A DNA stretch of 64,000 nucleotides from contig JANNSZ010000033.1 in NCBI GenBank assembly GCA_031403195.1, positions 68,525-132,524 of the forward strand, given 5' to 3'. The translations under genes were made by a program, and so were the position numbers. Below the pieces are notes generated by a model that was not told the origin of the DNA, made no database searches, and worked only from the letters and a program-made list of their open reading frames with translations. Position 1 is the stretch's first letter. Each line of letters begins with the position of its first letter. Origin of the DNA: Planctomycetota bacterium. Lineage in GTDB: Bacteria > Planctomycetota > Planctomycetia > Pirellulales > UBA1268. Of this stretch, positions 56,272-64,000 are shown in pieces.

Positions 56272-56377
56272 CGGCCGGGGCCTTCCAGACGCTGGCCTCG
56301 CGGCGGGCACGGTGCGGATCCTCGGTAAGCGTGTAAGATCGCATTCGGGTTCCACTCCGTCCTCCTGGCCGCATTTC

Positions 56378-57409
56378 ATGCCCACTCCCGACAAGCCCCG
56401 CGCCCGTTCCGTCTCTGGTCCGCGACCACGTCCAGAGGGGGGACGCCCACCGAGCGTCCGTTCACCGCGGGCCGCTCCAAGATCCGGCGGTGATAGCCTC
56501 GAACGTCTCCAGAAGGTGCTCGCGGCAGCTGGCCTCGGAAGCCGTCGAGCCTGCGAAGACCTCGTGACGACAGGCCGCGTCGAGGTCGACCGGCAGGTCG
56601 TCACGACACTCGGCACAAAAGTCGATCCGCGGACCCAGGAGATCCGTGTTGACGGTGAGCGACTGCCGGATCCAAGGCGTGTCGTCTTTCTCCTCAACAA
56701 GCCTGTGGGTGTCGTGACGACGAACTACGACCCCTCTGGTCGGCCACGAGTGGTGGACCTCGTGCCAGATGATCGTCGGCTGTTTGCCGTTGGACGGCTC
56801 GACCGAACGAGTGAAGGGCTCATTCTGCTCACCAATGATGGTGACCTCGCAAACCTGCTGGCGCATCCGCGGTATGGTGTCGAGAAGAAGTATCTCGTGC
56901 AGGTCGCGGGCGTACCGACCGCCGATCTCATCGACCGCCTGCGACAGGGCGTGCGGCTCGCAGAGGGCGAAGTTCACGCCAAGCGCATTACGGTGCGAAG
57001 TCAGCACAAGCAGAGCGCTGTGCTCGAGATGGTCCTCGACGAAGGCAAGAACCGCGAGATTCGTCGGATGCTTGCCAAGCTCGGCCACAAAGTACATCAG
57101 CTCAAGCGGGTGGCAGTCGGTGGCCTGACGCTCGGCAATCTTCTGCCTGGGCAGTGGCGGCAACTCTCGGCCACTGAGGTCGAGTCGCTCCGCCGCGACG
57201 CCCAGACCGCGGTTGGGCCGCATGCCGACCGTCCGCCCCCGCGGCAGCCTGGCCGCGGGCGACCGCCAGGCCGACCCACGGGGAATAGAACAGGTGGCGG
57301 TCGCCCAGGAGGCGCCAGGCCTCCTGGGCCATCAAAGGGGCCGCCAACTCGTCGAAAAAGGCCCGGAAAGGCCTCGTCGTGGCGGTCGGCTAAGCGGGAG
57401 AAGGAATGA
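56378..57409 (+). CDS. rluB: pseudouridine synthase, RsuA/RluB family, with S4 domain and Arg/Pro/Gly-rich tail
   Basis: S4-like segment [29 protein letters not shown]. Catalytic motif AVGRLDRTSEGLILLTNDG. ATG chosen at 56378. Confidence 0.85.
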   Translation: MPTPDKPRARSVSGPRPRPEGGRPPSVRSPRAAPRSGGDSLERLQKVLAAAGLGSRRACEDLVTTGRVEVDRQVVTTLGTKVDPRTQEIRVDGERLPDPRRVVFLLNKPVGVVTTNYDPSGRPRVVDLVPDDRRLFAVGRLDRTSEGLILLTNDGDLANLLAHPRYGVEKKYLVQVAGVPTADLIDRLRQGVRLAEGEVHAKRITVRSQHKQSAVLEMVLDEGKNREIRRMLAKLGHKVHQLKRVAVGGLTLGNLLPGQWRQLSATEVESLRRDAQTAVGPHADRPPPRQPGRGRPPGRPTGNRTGGGRPGGARPPGPSKGPPTRRKRPGKASSWRSAKREKE

Positions 57410-58290
57410 TGTCGGTCTCGCCTGCCGGATCGTGCCATGCCGATCACGGCTGCTACGAGCGGGCGACCATCGTGGGGCATCGCCCAATCGCGGAACGCAC
57501 TTGGCGGCTCAGGATCGAATCGCGGGCCATTGCCGCTGCCGCAGTTCCGGGCCAGTTTGCGATGGTGCGGCTTCCGGGCCGCACTGACCCCCTCCTGGGG
57601 AGGCCGCTTGCGGTCTACGACGTGTCTTCGCCCCCGGACGGCACTCCTTCCTACGTCGATTTTGTCTATGCGGTCCACGGACGGTTTACGACGGCCCTCG
57701 CTGGGCGTCCCGTTGGTGAGGAGGTACTCGTTTGGGGTCCGCTGGGAAATGGCTTCGCGATTCCCCCGGTGGACCACCTGCTCCTCGTCGCGGGCGGGAT
57801 TGGGCAGACGGCGCTCGTATCCCTCGCTCGCGAGCGGGCAGGACTCGCCCGGTATGGCGCGACCGCGAGGCAGGCACCACGGGCCGCACGGCTCACGTTC
57901 TGCTGGGGTGCCCGCACGGCATCGCTGTTCGGGGACGTCGATGACTTTCGCGTCGCGGGCTGCGATGTCCACCTCGCCACCCTCGATGGTTCCACCGGCC
58001 AGAAGGGCACCGTGATCGACCTCCTCGATCGACTTTCTGCCGACGGGCACATCACCCAGGGAGGCGTGTATGTTGCCACATGTGGGCCTGACGCCATGAT
58101 GGCAGCCGTGGCCGGTTGGACCGCGGCGCGAGGGATACCGTGTCAGGTTTCCCTCGAGACACCCATGGCGTGCGGCATCGGCATCTGCTTCACGTGCGTC
58201 GCGCCGATTCGCGACGCCACAGGAGGCTGGGACTATCGACGGACCTGCGTCGAAGGGCCCGTGTTCGATGCAACGACCGTTGCTTGGTGA
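57406..58290 (+). CDS. pyrK: PyrK-like FAD/NAD-binding 2Fe-2S electron-transfer subunit (dihydroorotate dehydrogenase B type)
   Basis: ATGA overlap with rluB. FR-type FAD-binding N-terminus (GQFAMVRLPG...RPLAVYD). C-terminal cluster motif MACGIGICFTC...CVEGPVF. Confidence 0.78.
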   Translation: MMSVSPAGSCHADHGCYERATIVGHRPIAERTWRLRIESRAIAAAAVPGQFAMVRLPGRTDPLLGRPLAVYDVSSPPDGTPSYVDFVYAVHGRFTTALAGRPVGEEVLVWGPLGNGFAIPPVDHLLLVAGGIGQTALVSLARERAGLARYGATARQAPRAARLTFCWGARTASLFGDVDDFRVAGCDVHLATLDGSTGQKGTVIDLLDRLSADGHITQGGVYVATCGPDAMMAAVAGWTAARGIPCQVSLETPMACGIGICFTCVAPIRDATGGWDYRRTCVEGPVFDATTVAW

Positions 58291-58313
58291 GAGAAATCTC
58301 GGGCGGGAGGTCG

Positions 58314-58613
58314 TCAGGCCTTGCGGCCTGTGACTGCGGCTGCCTCGCCCTTCGAGGCGGCAAGGACTCGTGCCGAGAGTCGTGACTTGATGCGGGCCGC
58401 GCGATTCCGGTGGATCGTGCCCTTCGAAGCGGCCTGATCTACCGTTTTCGAGGCGCCTCGAAACTGCTCCTTCGCCACAGCGGCATCCCCGCTCGAAACA
58501 GCTTCCAGGACTTTGCGGATCGAGTTCTTGAGAGTGGACTTCACCGCCCGATTTCGCTCGCGGTCGCGAAGGTTTTGGCGGTGACGCTTCTTGGCGCTGG
58601 CCGAGTGAGGCAT
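58314..58613 (-). CDS. rpsT: 30S ribosomal protein S20
   Basis: ATG at 58613. The sequence MPHSASAKKRHRQNLRDRERNRAVKSTLKNSIRK...IHRNRAARIKSRL is a typical S20. Confidence 0.92.
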   Translation of the reverse strand: MPHSASAKKRHRQNLRDRERNRAVKSTLKNSIRKVLEAVSSGDAAVAKEQFRGASKTVDQAASKGTIHRNRAARIKSRLSARVLAASKGEAAAVTGRKA

Positions 58614-58661
58614 GGAGATTCCTGAAAAACGGTCGTGCAGTGGAGGCCGGGCCACAGAGGC

Positions 58662-60086
58662 TCAGCTATCGGAGACGCCTTTATCCCTCGCGGCTCGGAG
58701 TTTGTCCAGACGCTGGGCCACATCCCGGTACCCGAAATCAAGTGTGGCCACGGCCGAGAGGTGTTTTTGGGCCGCGTCAAAATCTTTGAGGGCGGCTGCG
58801 AGCACTCCAGCCCGGTAGAGGGCACGCTTCCGGATCTCGGTCTCGCGTTCGGTGAGGACCTCGATGGCGGCTTCGTAGTTCTGCATGGCAAGCGGGTACT
58901 GTTTGATGGCTTGGAAGCACTCGCCGAGCTCGAGCGAGATGACCCCCTTGCGGCGGACATCCTTGAGGGCTTCTTGAAACGACCGGATGGCCTCCTGAAC
59001 CTTGCCCGCTGCCTTGAGCCTCAGCGCGAGTTCGTACTTCCACGTGACGTTGTCGGGGTAGCGGCGGCACCGGGTCTCGTAGATTTGGATTTCGTGCCGG
59101 AGGCTCGATGACTTCAGTTTTTCGACGGCTGTTCGGTTCTCCGGAGAGTCGGACGCCTCGAGCCGCTTCTCGGCCAGCATGAGCTTGGCGCGACCCCACC
59201 GAAGCTGGCGGTCTTCAATGTGCTCCTGCACCTTCAAGGCGTTGCCCGATGCGGCGAGCGCCTTGGCGAGCACCTGCTCGGCCTCGGCGACAGTTCCCTC
59301 CTGCTCGACGACATCTGCCAAGTCAAGGTAGGTGTCGATATCTGCTGGATTGTCGCGGATCACCTGCTCAAGTTTCACGCGGCGACTCATGGTCGCAACG
59401 CCACCGCCTGAATCGGTCTGTTGCTTGGCACCAGGGCGGCCCGTCAGGCCATGTCCGGCTGCGATCGTCTTCTCGACAGACAGGCGGGCGATTTCTCGCT
59501 CCGACTCTTCTGACATTCCCTTGTGGTTCTTGGATATCCTCCGCCAGCACTCGATCGCCTGGTCGAAGTTGCCCTGGCTGGCGGCAAAGCGGCTGCACTG
59601 TCGATTGACTTCGACATCGGCCGGAGCTGCATCGAGACTCGCACGAAGGTAGACGGCCTGGCACTCGGCCAGCATCAGGTTTTCGCAGGCCTCCGCCATG
59701 GCGAGGAAGCAACTGTGATCCGCCGGGTTGGATTTGAGCGTGTTCACACCCTGCTTGATGACGTCCCGCCAGTTGGCGTTGGCCGCCGCCCGCTTCATGG
59801 TGGAACGGCCTCCATAGGTGGAGAAGGACGCGAGGGTGCTTGATTTCCGGGCACCGTACTTTTGCCGGAGCGCACCTAGGAACGCCTGCAGGAAGACGAC
59901 GTTGCCAGGATCCCCAGCAACGCAGGTCGAGAACATGTCGATCGCGTACTGCGGATCGCCGGCCTGCATTCCGGTGCGGTAGCACTGGAGGAGGCGTGTC
60001 CGCTCCACCTGGGAAAGACCTGTCCACGTAGGGCATCGGGTTGGATCGCCCGTCCCCTGGGAGGCTGCGGTAGAATCGTTCGTCAT
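58662..60086 (-). CDS. TPR-repeat protein
   Basis: Many TPR-like repeats fill the 474-aa ORF. Confidence 0.75.
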   Translation of the reverse strand: MTNDSTAASQGTGDPTRCPTWTGLSQVERTRLLQCYRTGMQAGDPQYAIDMFSTCVAGDPGNVVFLQAFLGALRQKYGARKSSTLASFSTYGGRSTMKRAAANANWRDVIKQGVNTLKSNPADHSCFLAMAEACENLMLAECQAVYLRASLDAAPADVEVNRQCSRFAASQGNFDQAIECWRRISKNHKGMSEESEREIARLSVEKTIAAGHGLTGRPGAKQQTDSGGGVATMSRRVKLEQVIRDNPADIDTYLDLADVVEQEGTVAEAEQVLAKALAASGNALKVQEHIEDRQLRWGRAKLMLAEKRLEASDSPENRTAVEKLKSSSLRHEIQIYETRCRRYPDNVTWKYELALRLKAAGKVQEAIRSFQEALKDVRRKGVISLELGECFQAIKQYPLAMQNYEAAIEVLTERETEIRKRALYRAGVLAAALKDFDAAQKHLSAVATLDFGYRDVAQRLDKLRAARDKGVSDS

Positions 60087-60238
60087 TCCCGGATCCGAGG
60101 TGGATGCGTAGCGCCGACAAAGGGCCCCTCGGAAACTTGCCCGATGGACCCCTCGAAACCCTCAAGTTTAGGCTGTAGTTCCGGTTGCCACAAATCCGGT
60201 CTGCCAGTTCCAGCGAGTTTGCCTTGGAAGTCCGATCG

Positions 60239-61750
60239 ATGAGCCCCGCCGCAATGGTCGTTTTTGTAGGAGCGGGCCCTGGCGCGGCCGATCTCCTCAC
60301 GCTGCGGGCCATGGACCGGCTGAAGTGGGCCGACGTCGTGGTGCACGATCGCCTTGTTCCCGCCGGCATTCTGGCCCTCCTGCCTCCCTCGGCTGAGCAG
60401 ATCTGTATCGATCGTACCGATTTGACGGACATCGACCCCGGTCGCTCCACCGGCGATCTGTTGGTCCAGCTGGCTTCAGCCGGAAGGCACGTGGTGAGAC
60501 TCAAGGGGGGCGACCCTACGATCTTTGCGAGGCTCGCCGAGGAGCTCGAGCCCGTCAGGGCCGCCGGCATAGCCGTGGAGGTCGTGCCGGGCATCACCGC
60601 CGCGCTGGCAGCTGCTGCGGCCGCGGGTATTCCCCTCACGAGTCGTGATGCCGCCTCGAGTCTGTCGCTTGTGACCGGGCATGAGGCCCGCGGGAAAGGT
60701 GAGCCATGCGACCTTTCCGGCCTGGCTGCGGTGCCGGGCACGATCGCCGTCTACATGGGCGTTGAGCAAATCGCCTCATGGTCGCGGCGACTGATGGAGG
60801 CCGGGCGACCTGAGGACACACCTGTCACGCTCGTCAGTCGATGCTCCTGGCCAGACCAACGGATGGCCACGACGACCCTTGGGGAGTGCGCGCGGGACTC
60901 GGGCCGCGAGGCGTGGCAATCGCCGGCCGTGCTCTTGGTCGGTGGGACGGTCGCGCCCACCGCTGACGGTCCATTGGCAGGCCGGCTCGTGATCGTCACT
61001 CGTCCGCTCGGGCAGGAAGGGGAGTTGGCGGCGCTCGTGCGCGCAGCGGGGGGCGCGTGCCTCCATGTGCCAGTGCTCCGCATTGCGTCGCTCGACGATC
61101 ATGGTCCCCTCGAGGAGGCCATCGCACGGCTCGACAGCTACGACTGGATCGTGTTCGCGAGCGGCAATGGTGTCCGCGGATTCCTCGATCGCCTTCGCCT
61201 GGCCGGTCGAGATGGCCGCGCGATGGGGTCCGCTCGACTCGCGGCGATTGGCCCGGCCACACGGCGGACTCTGGAGGACGCTGGCTATACCTGCGACCTC
61301 GTACCCGGTGAGTTCCGCTCGGAGGGGCTTGTGGAGGCTTTTGCTGAACTTCCGCGGGGCGGCCGCTTTCTGCTCATCCGCGCCGACCGTGGGCGGGACG
61401 TGCTGCGTCGTTCGCTCGAAGCGGCGGGCCATGTCGTGGATGAAGTTGCGGCCTACCGAAGCCTGGCGATCGAACAGCTTGACGCAGGCACCCAGGGGGT
61501 CTTGGCGGTGGCGGATGTCCCGTGGGTTACGGTGACCAGCGGTGCCGTTGCCGAGTCCGTGATCCGCCTCTTCGGGCCATGGATTCGGGGTTGGAGGATT
61601 GCCAGCCTCAGCCCTGTCACGTCGGCGGCCTTACGGCGGTTTGGCCTGGAGCCCACGGTCGAGGCGTCAGAGGCCACGGCAGCCGGCCTGATCACGGCGA
61701 TCCTGGGCCACGAACGGCTGCCTTTGCCGCTGCCCGCAGGGTCGGGCTAA
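60239..61750 (+). CDS. cobA: uroporphyrinogen-III C-methyltransferase / uroporphyrinogen-III synthase fusion
   Basis: Internal ATG at 60239. SAM-MT motifs are VVFVGAGPGAADLLTLRA and RLKGGDPTIFAR. The C-terminal half is HemD-like (VIVTRP...DWIVFASGNGV...IGPAT). Confidence 0.88.
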   Translation: MSPAAMVVFVGAGPGAADLLTLRAMDRLKWADVVVHDRLVPAGILALLPPSAEQICIDRTDLTDIDPGRSTGDLLVQLASAGRHVVRLKGGDPTIFARLAEELEPVRAAGIAVEVVPGITAALAAAAAAGIPLTSRDAASSLSLVTGHEARGKGEPCDLSGLAAVPGTIAVYMGVEQIASWSRRLMEAGRPEDTPVTLVSRCSWPDQRMATTTLGECARDSGREAWQSPAVLLVGGTVAPTADGPLAGRLVIVTRPLGQEGELAALVRAAGGACLHVPVLRIASLDDHGPLEEAIARLDSYDWIVFASGNGVRGFLDRLRLAGRDGRAMGSARLAAIGPATRRTLEDAGYTCDLVPGEFRSEGLVEAFAELPRGGRFLLIRADRGRDVLRRSLEAAGHVVDEVAAYRSLAIEQLDAGTQGVLAVADVPWVTVTSGAVAESVIRLFGPWIRGWRIASLSPVTSAALRRFGLEPTVEASEATAAGLITAILGHERLPLPLPAGSG

Positions 61751-61909
61751 CCGTTCATTTTTCGGCGGCAAACTCCGCGTCGTTTTCCCGAAACGAGCAC
61801 CCACGAGGGCTGCGCGGGTTGGAGGAGCGGGGTTTGAGCGGAGTCCTGGTTGGAGACGATACCGACCCGGGGCAGCGGGAGCGCCGCGGCCTGATGCGGG
61901 GAGGACGCC

Positions 61910-62626
61910 ATGCCAGTCGAAAAATCGCGTGCTGTGATCGTGGTGTGTGGCACGGTCAACGCAGCGGCAGGCCACGCTCGGCATGGGGGTGGTATCGGCG
62001 GGGCTTCCCGCCCGGTCCCTGTGACTTGGATTGCAAACGCCGAGCGGATCAGTGGCACAGCGGCGGCCATCGGCGGGGCCGGGTCGGGCGATGATGTCGT
62101 CCTCCAGGTTCCCCCTGCGGCCCTCATGTCGCGACAGCGGTTGCGTGCGCTGGTGACCAGGGCTCGCGAGTCTGTACCAACGCTGTCGGCGATCGCCGTT
62201 CGTGGTGGTGGCGCCATCGCGCATCGCCCGCTGCTGGTCGAGGAGGGCATCCGCGTCGTGCTCGTGGACTCCCTGTCGGCCGACGGCCGTGGGAGCCGAC
62301 GGCCGGCGCCGGCCGGATGGCGGTGTCGCAATTCCGCGTGGGGTCTGTGGGAGATCGAGTTGTCACCTCCCTCGCGTCGCAGCCCCCTGGCGTTCCTCGG
62401 TCTCGCTCCGCGGCCGCGCGTCCGTCGCGGTGGCCTGGGCGTGCTGGTGACCGATGGCCTGGACACACAAGGCTCGATTCACCACCGCCTCGAGCGACTC
62501 ACGGCCTGGGCAGACGGGCTGGCCTCGCGAGGGGCCGTCGAGGTTGTGTCGCTCACAAGCCTCGTGGCGCGATTGGCGAGGGACGATCAGCATTCGCTCG
62601 CGGGCTCTGTGCTCCACGCGGCGTAG
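61910..62626 (+). CDS. hypothetical protein
   Basis: 238-aa ORF whose sequence looks more protein-like than the opposite-strand alternative. No family recognised. Confidence 0.4.
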   Translation: MPVEKSRAVIVVCGTVNAAAGHARHGGGIGGASRPVPVTWIANAERISGTAAAIGGAGSGDDVVLQVPPAALMSRQRLRALVTRARESVPTLSAIAVRGGGAIAHRPLLVEEGIRVVLVDSLSADGRGSRRPAPAGWRCRNSAWGLWEIELSPPSRRSPLAFLGLAPRPRVRRGGLGVLVTDGLDTQGSIHHRLERLTAWADGLASRGAVEVVSLTSLVARLARDDQHSLAGSVLHAA

Positions 62627-62628
62627 CG

Positions 62629-62841
62629 TCAGTCGGTGCCCCGGCGCTTCGCGCCCTGATCCATGATCGACCAGCTCAGGTAGCCAACGATCAGGCCGGA
62701 GACAATGAAGGCTGAATCGAGGACCCAGCTCGTGCGGCCAAAAGGAAAGGCTGCTGCAAGATCAGCCACAAAAAGGACCACGAGGAGCCCAGACAGCACG
62801 AGGCCGGCGATCGCGAGAGGCTTCGACACGAGACGGGGCAA
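62629..62841 (-). CDS. small two-TM membrane protein
   Basis: 70-aa ORF with two clear hydrophobic helices (LAIAGLVLSGLLVVLFVADL and AFIVSGLIVGYLSW). Confidence 0.45.
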   Translation of the reverse strand: MPRLVSKPLAIAGLVLSGLLVVLFVADLAAAFPFGRTSWVLDSAFIVSGLIVGYLSWSIMDQGAKRRGTD

Positions 62842-62966
62842 TTCCTACGAGGTAGCGGGCGAGCCAACTCCATACCATAATTCGGCCCGGTAGGGGAACC
62901 AGTGGCGTCGGGCTCCGGCGGCCACTCCAGGTACCCCAGCCGTACTTGGTCGAATCAAACCCCCCA

Positions 62967-63482
62967 ATGAACCACCGACCCCTCCAGCCATCGCCCAGAA
63001 TCGCCGTCTACACCGGCTCTTTCGATCCCATCACCCTCGGCCATCTCGACGTGATCGAGCGGGCGAGCCGAATCTTTGATGAGATTATCGTGGGCGTAGG
63101 CATCAACCCCGACAAGCAGCCCTTGTTCTCCCTCGAAGAACGGGTGAGCCTCGTGCGGGCCTCGCTCGACGGCTTGACCAATGTGCGGGTCGAACTCTTC
63201 AGCGGCCTCTCGGTTACCTTTGTGCGCCAGCAAGAGGCCCAGGTCTTGCTCCGCGGTGTGCGGTCGCTCACGGACATCGATGCTGAGTTCACGATGACGC
63301 TGGCCAACCGCAAGCTCGATCCCGCTATCGAGACGGTGTTCCTGATGTCCGATGCGGCCTACTCGCATATTTCGTCGTCGTTGCTCAAACAAATCACGCC
63401 GTTGGCAGACGACGAGGCCCTCTTGCGATTCGTCCCAGCTCCAGTCGTCACGGCCCTCCGTCGGAAGTTTGCGGCCGATTGA
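62967..63482 (+). CDS. coaD: phosphopantetheine adenylyltransferase
   Basis: ATG at 62967. Motifs: IAVYTGSFDPITLGHLDVIERA (T/HxGH motif) and ISSSLLKQI. Confidence 0.92.
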   Translation: MNHRPLQPSPRIAVYTGSFDPITLGHLDVIERASRIFDEIIVGVGINPDKQPLFSLEERVSLVRASLDGLTNVRVELFSGLSVTFVRQQEAQVLLRGVRSLTDIDAEFTMTLANRKLDPAIETVFLMSDAAYSHISSSLLKQITPLADDEALLRFVPAPVVTALRRKFAAD

Positions 63483-63497
63483 GGCCCTGCCGGTCGG

Positions 63498-64000
63498 CTA
63501 GGCAAAGTGCTGACGGAGGTAGCGAGCCCGCTCGATGTTGCGATCCTTGGTGTCGAGCTCGATGCCGCGGATCTTCTGGAGATGAGCCGGCTGGGTCCGC
63601 ACCAAGAGAGAGTTGAGCTGGCCGATGTCGACATCGCCCAGCAGGCCCAGAAGCACGCCCATCCGCACCCGAGACAGGAGTTGCATGGTTTCCTCGGCGG
63701 AGATGGTCTGAGCGGTCCGCAGGATCCCATACGCCCGGCTCACCTGGTCGTGGACGTTTTGGTGTGTTTCACGGACGAGGAACTCTCGGGCCCGACGCTC
63801 GTAGTCGATGAGCACCGGAACCACATCGCCCACCTGTTCAATGAGCTCCTCCTCGGTGCGGCCCAGCGTGGTCTGGTTGGAGATCTGGTAAAAGTCACCC
63901 ATGGCCTGGGAGCCCTCGCCGTAGAGGCCTCGCACGGCGAGTGAAATCTTTTGCAGGCTTCGGAACACCTTGTCGATCTGGCGGGTGATCACGAGCGCCG
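63498..64000 (-). CDS. mcsB: protein arginine kinase McsB (ATP:guanido phosphotransferase), C-terminal part; continues beyond the window
   Basis: LGRTEEELIEQVGDVVPVLIDYERRARE...SRAYGILRTAQTISAEETMQLLSRVRMGVLLG...LVRTQPAHLQ matches the McsB C-terminal region. The frame is open to the window edge. Confidence 0.8.
   Translation of the reverse strand, partial: ALVITRQIDKVFRSLQKISLAVRGLYGEGSQAMGDFYQISNQTTLGRTEEELIEQVGDVVPVLIDYERRAREFLVRETHQNVHDQVSRAYGILRTAQTISAEETMQLLSRVRMGVLLGLLGDVDIGQLNSLLVRTQPAHLQKIRGIELDTKDRNIERARYLRQHFA

Noticed and set aside
60087-60238. Possible cobalamin riboswitch upstream of the cobA-hemD fusion (AAAGGG..., GCCACAAATCCGGTCTGCCAG).
   Set aside because: The fragments are in the wrong order and spacing for the conserved core (AGGGAA, GGTGAAAATCC, B12 box). 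There is no convincing multi-stem junction. It needs a covariance-model scan (Rfam RF00174) to be taken seriously.

Overview
The window is visibly GC-rich (not computed) and looks like ordinary bacterial chromosome. Its gene content resembles Planctomycetota: many TPR proteins, Ser/Thr kinases, a Tat-signal Gfo/Idh/MocA oxidoreductase, a sulfotransferase, inverse autotransporters and McsB. That taxonomic call is inference only. I support about 57 CDS, 2 tRNAs (Glu-CUC, Asp-GUC), 2 hairpin terminators and several intergenic repeat families. Housekeeping genes recognised by motif are mdh, ilvA-type threonine dehydratase, cyclophilin, Fe/Mn SOD, gltX, recA, alaS, tpx, manA-type PMI, rluB-type pseudouridine synthase, pyrK-like, rpsT, cobA-hemD fusion, coaD and partial mcsB. 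I saw no rRNA, CRISPR array, transposase, integrase, phage gene or recognisable defence gene. Many ORFs over 100 aa in the track are antisense shadows of real genes, as expected at this GC content. Five things deserve a second look. (1) At 16.2-21.5 kb there is an operon of three consecutive HlyD-like membrane-fusion proteins. One is fused to tandem GAF domains. Another is fused to an intact M50/S2P metalloprotease with a PqqD/RRE-like N-terminus. No pump, outer-membrane partner or substrate gene is visible. (2) At 3.4-8.2 kb there is a tightly coupled flagellar-type export-gate operon, fliF-fliO-fliP-fliQ-fliR-flhB. It lacks fliG/H/I/J/M/N and flhA, and its FlhB stops just before the NPTH autocleavage domain. 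(3) At 22.5-27.8 kb two tandem paralogous inverse autotransporters carry beta-helix passengers instead of Ig-like ones. (4) A ~97-nt three-hairpin REP-like element occurs in four copies and shows compensatory stem changes. Two copies lie in a 147-bp tandem duplication that copied the 3' ends of both alaS and tpx. (5) Further hairpin and inverted-repeat elements lie at 39.3-39.6 kb and upstream of recA. All domain calls come from reading motifs by eye; no searches were run.
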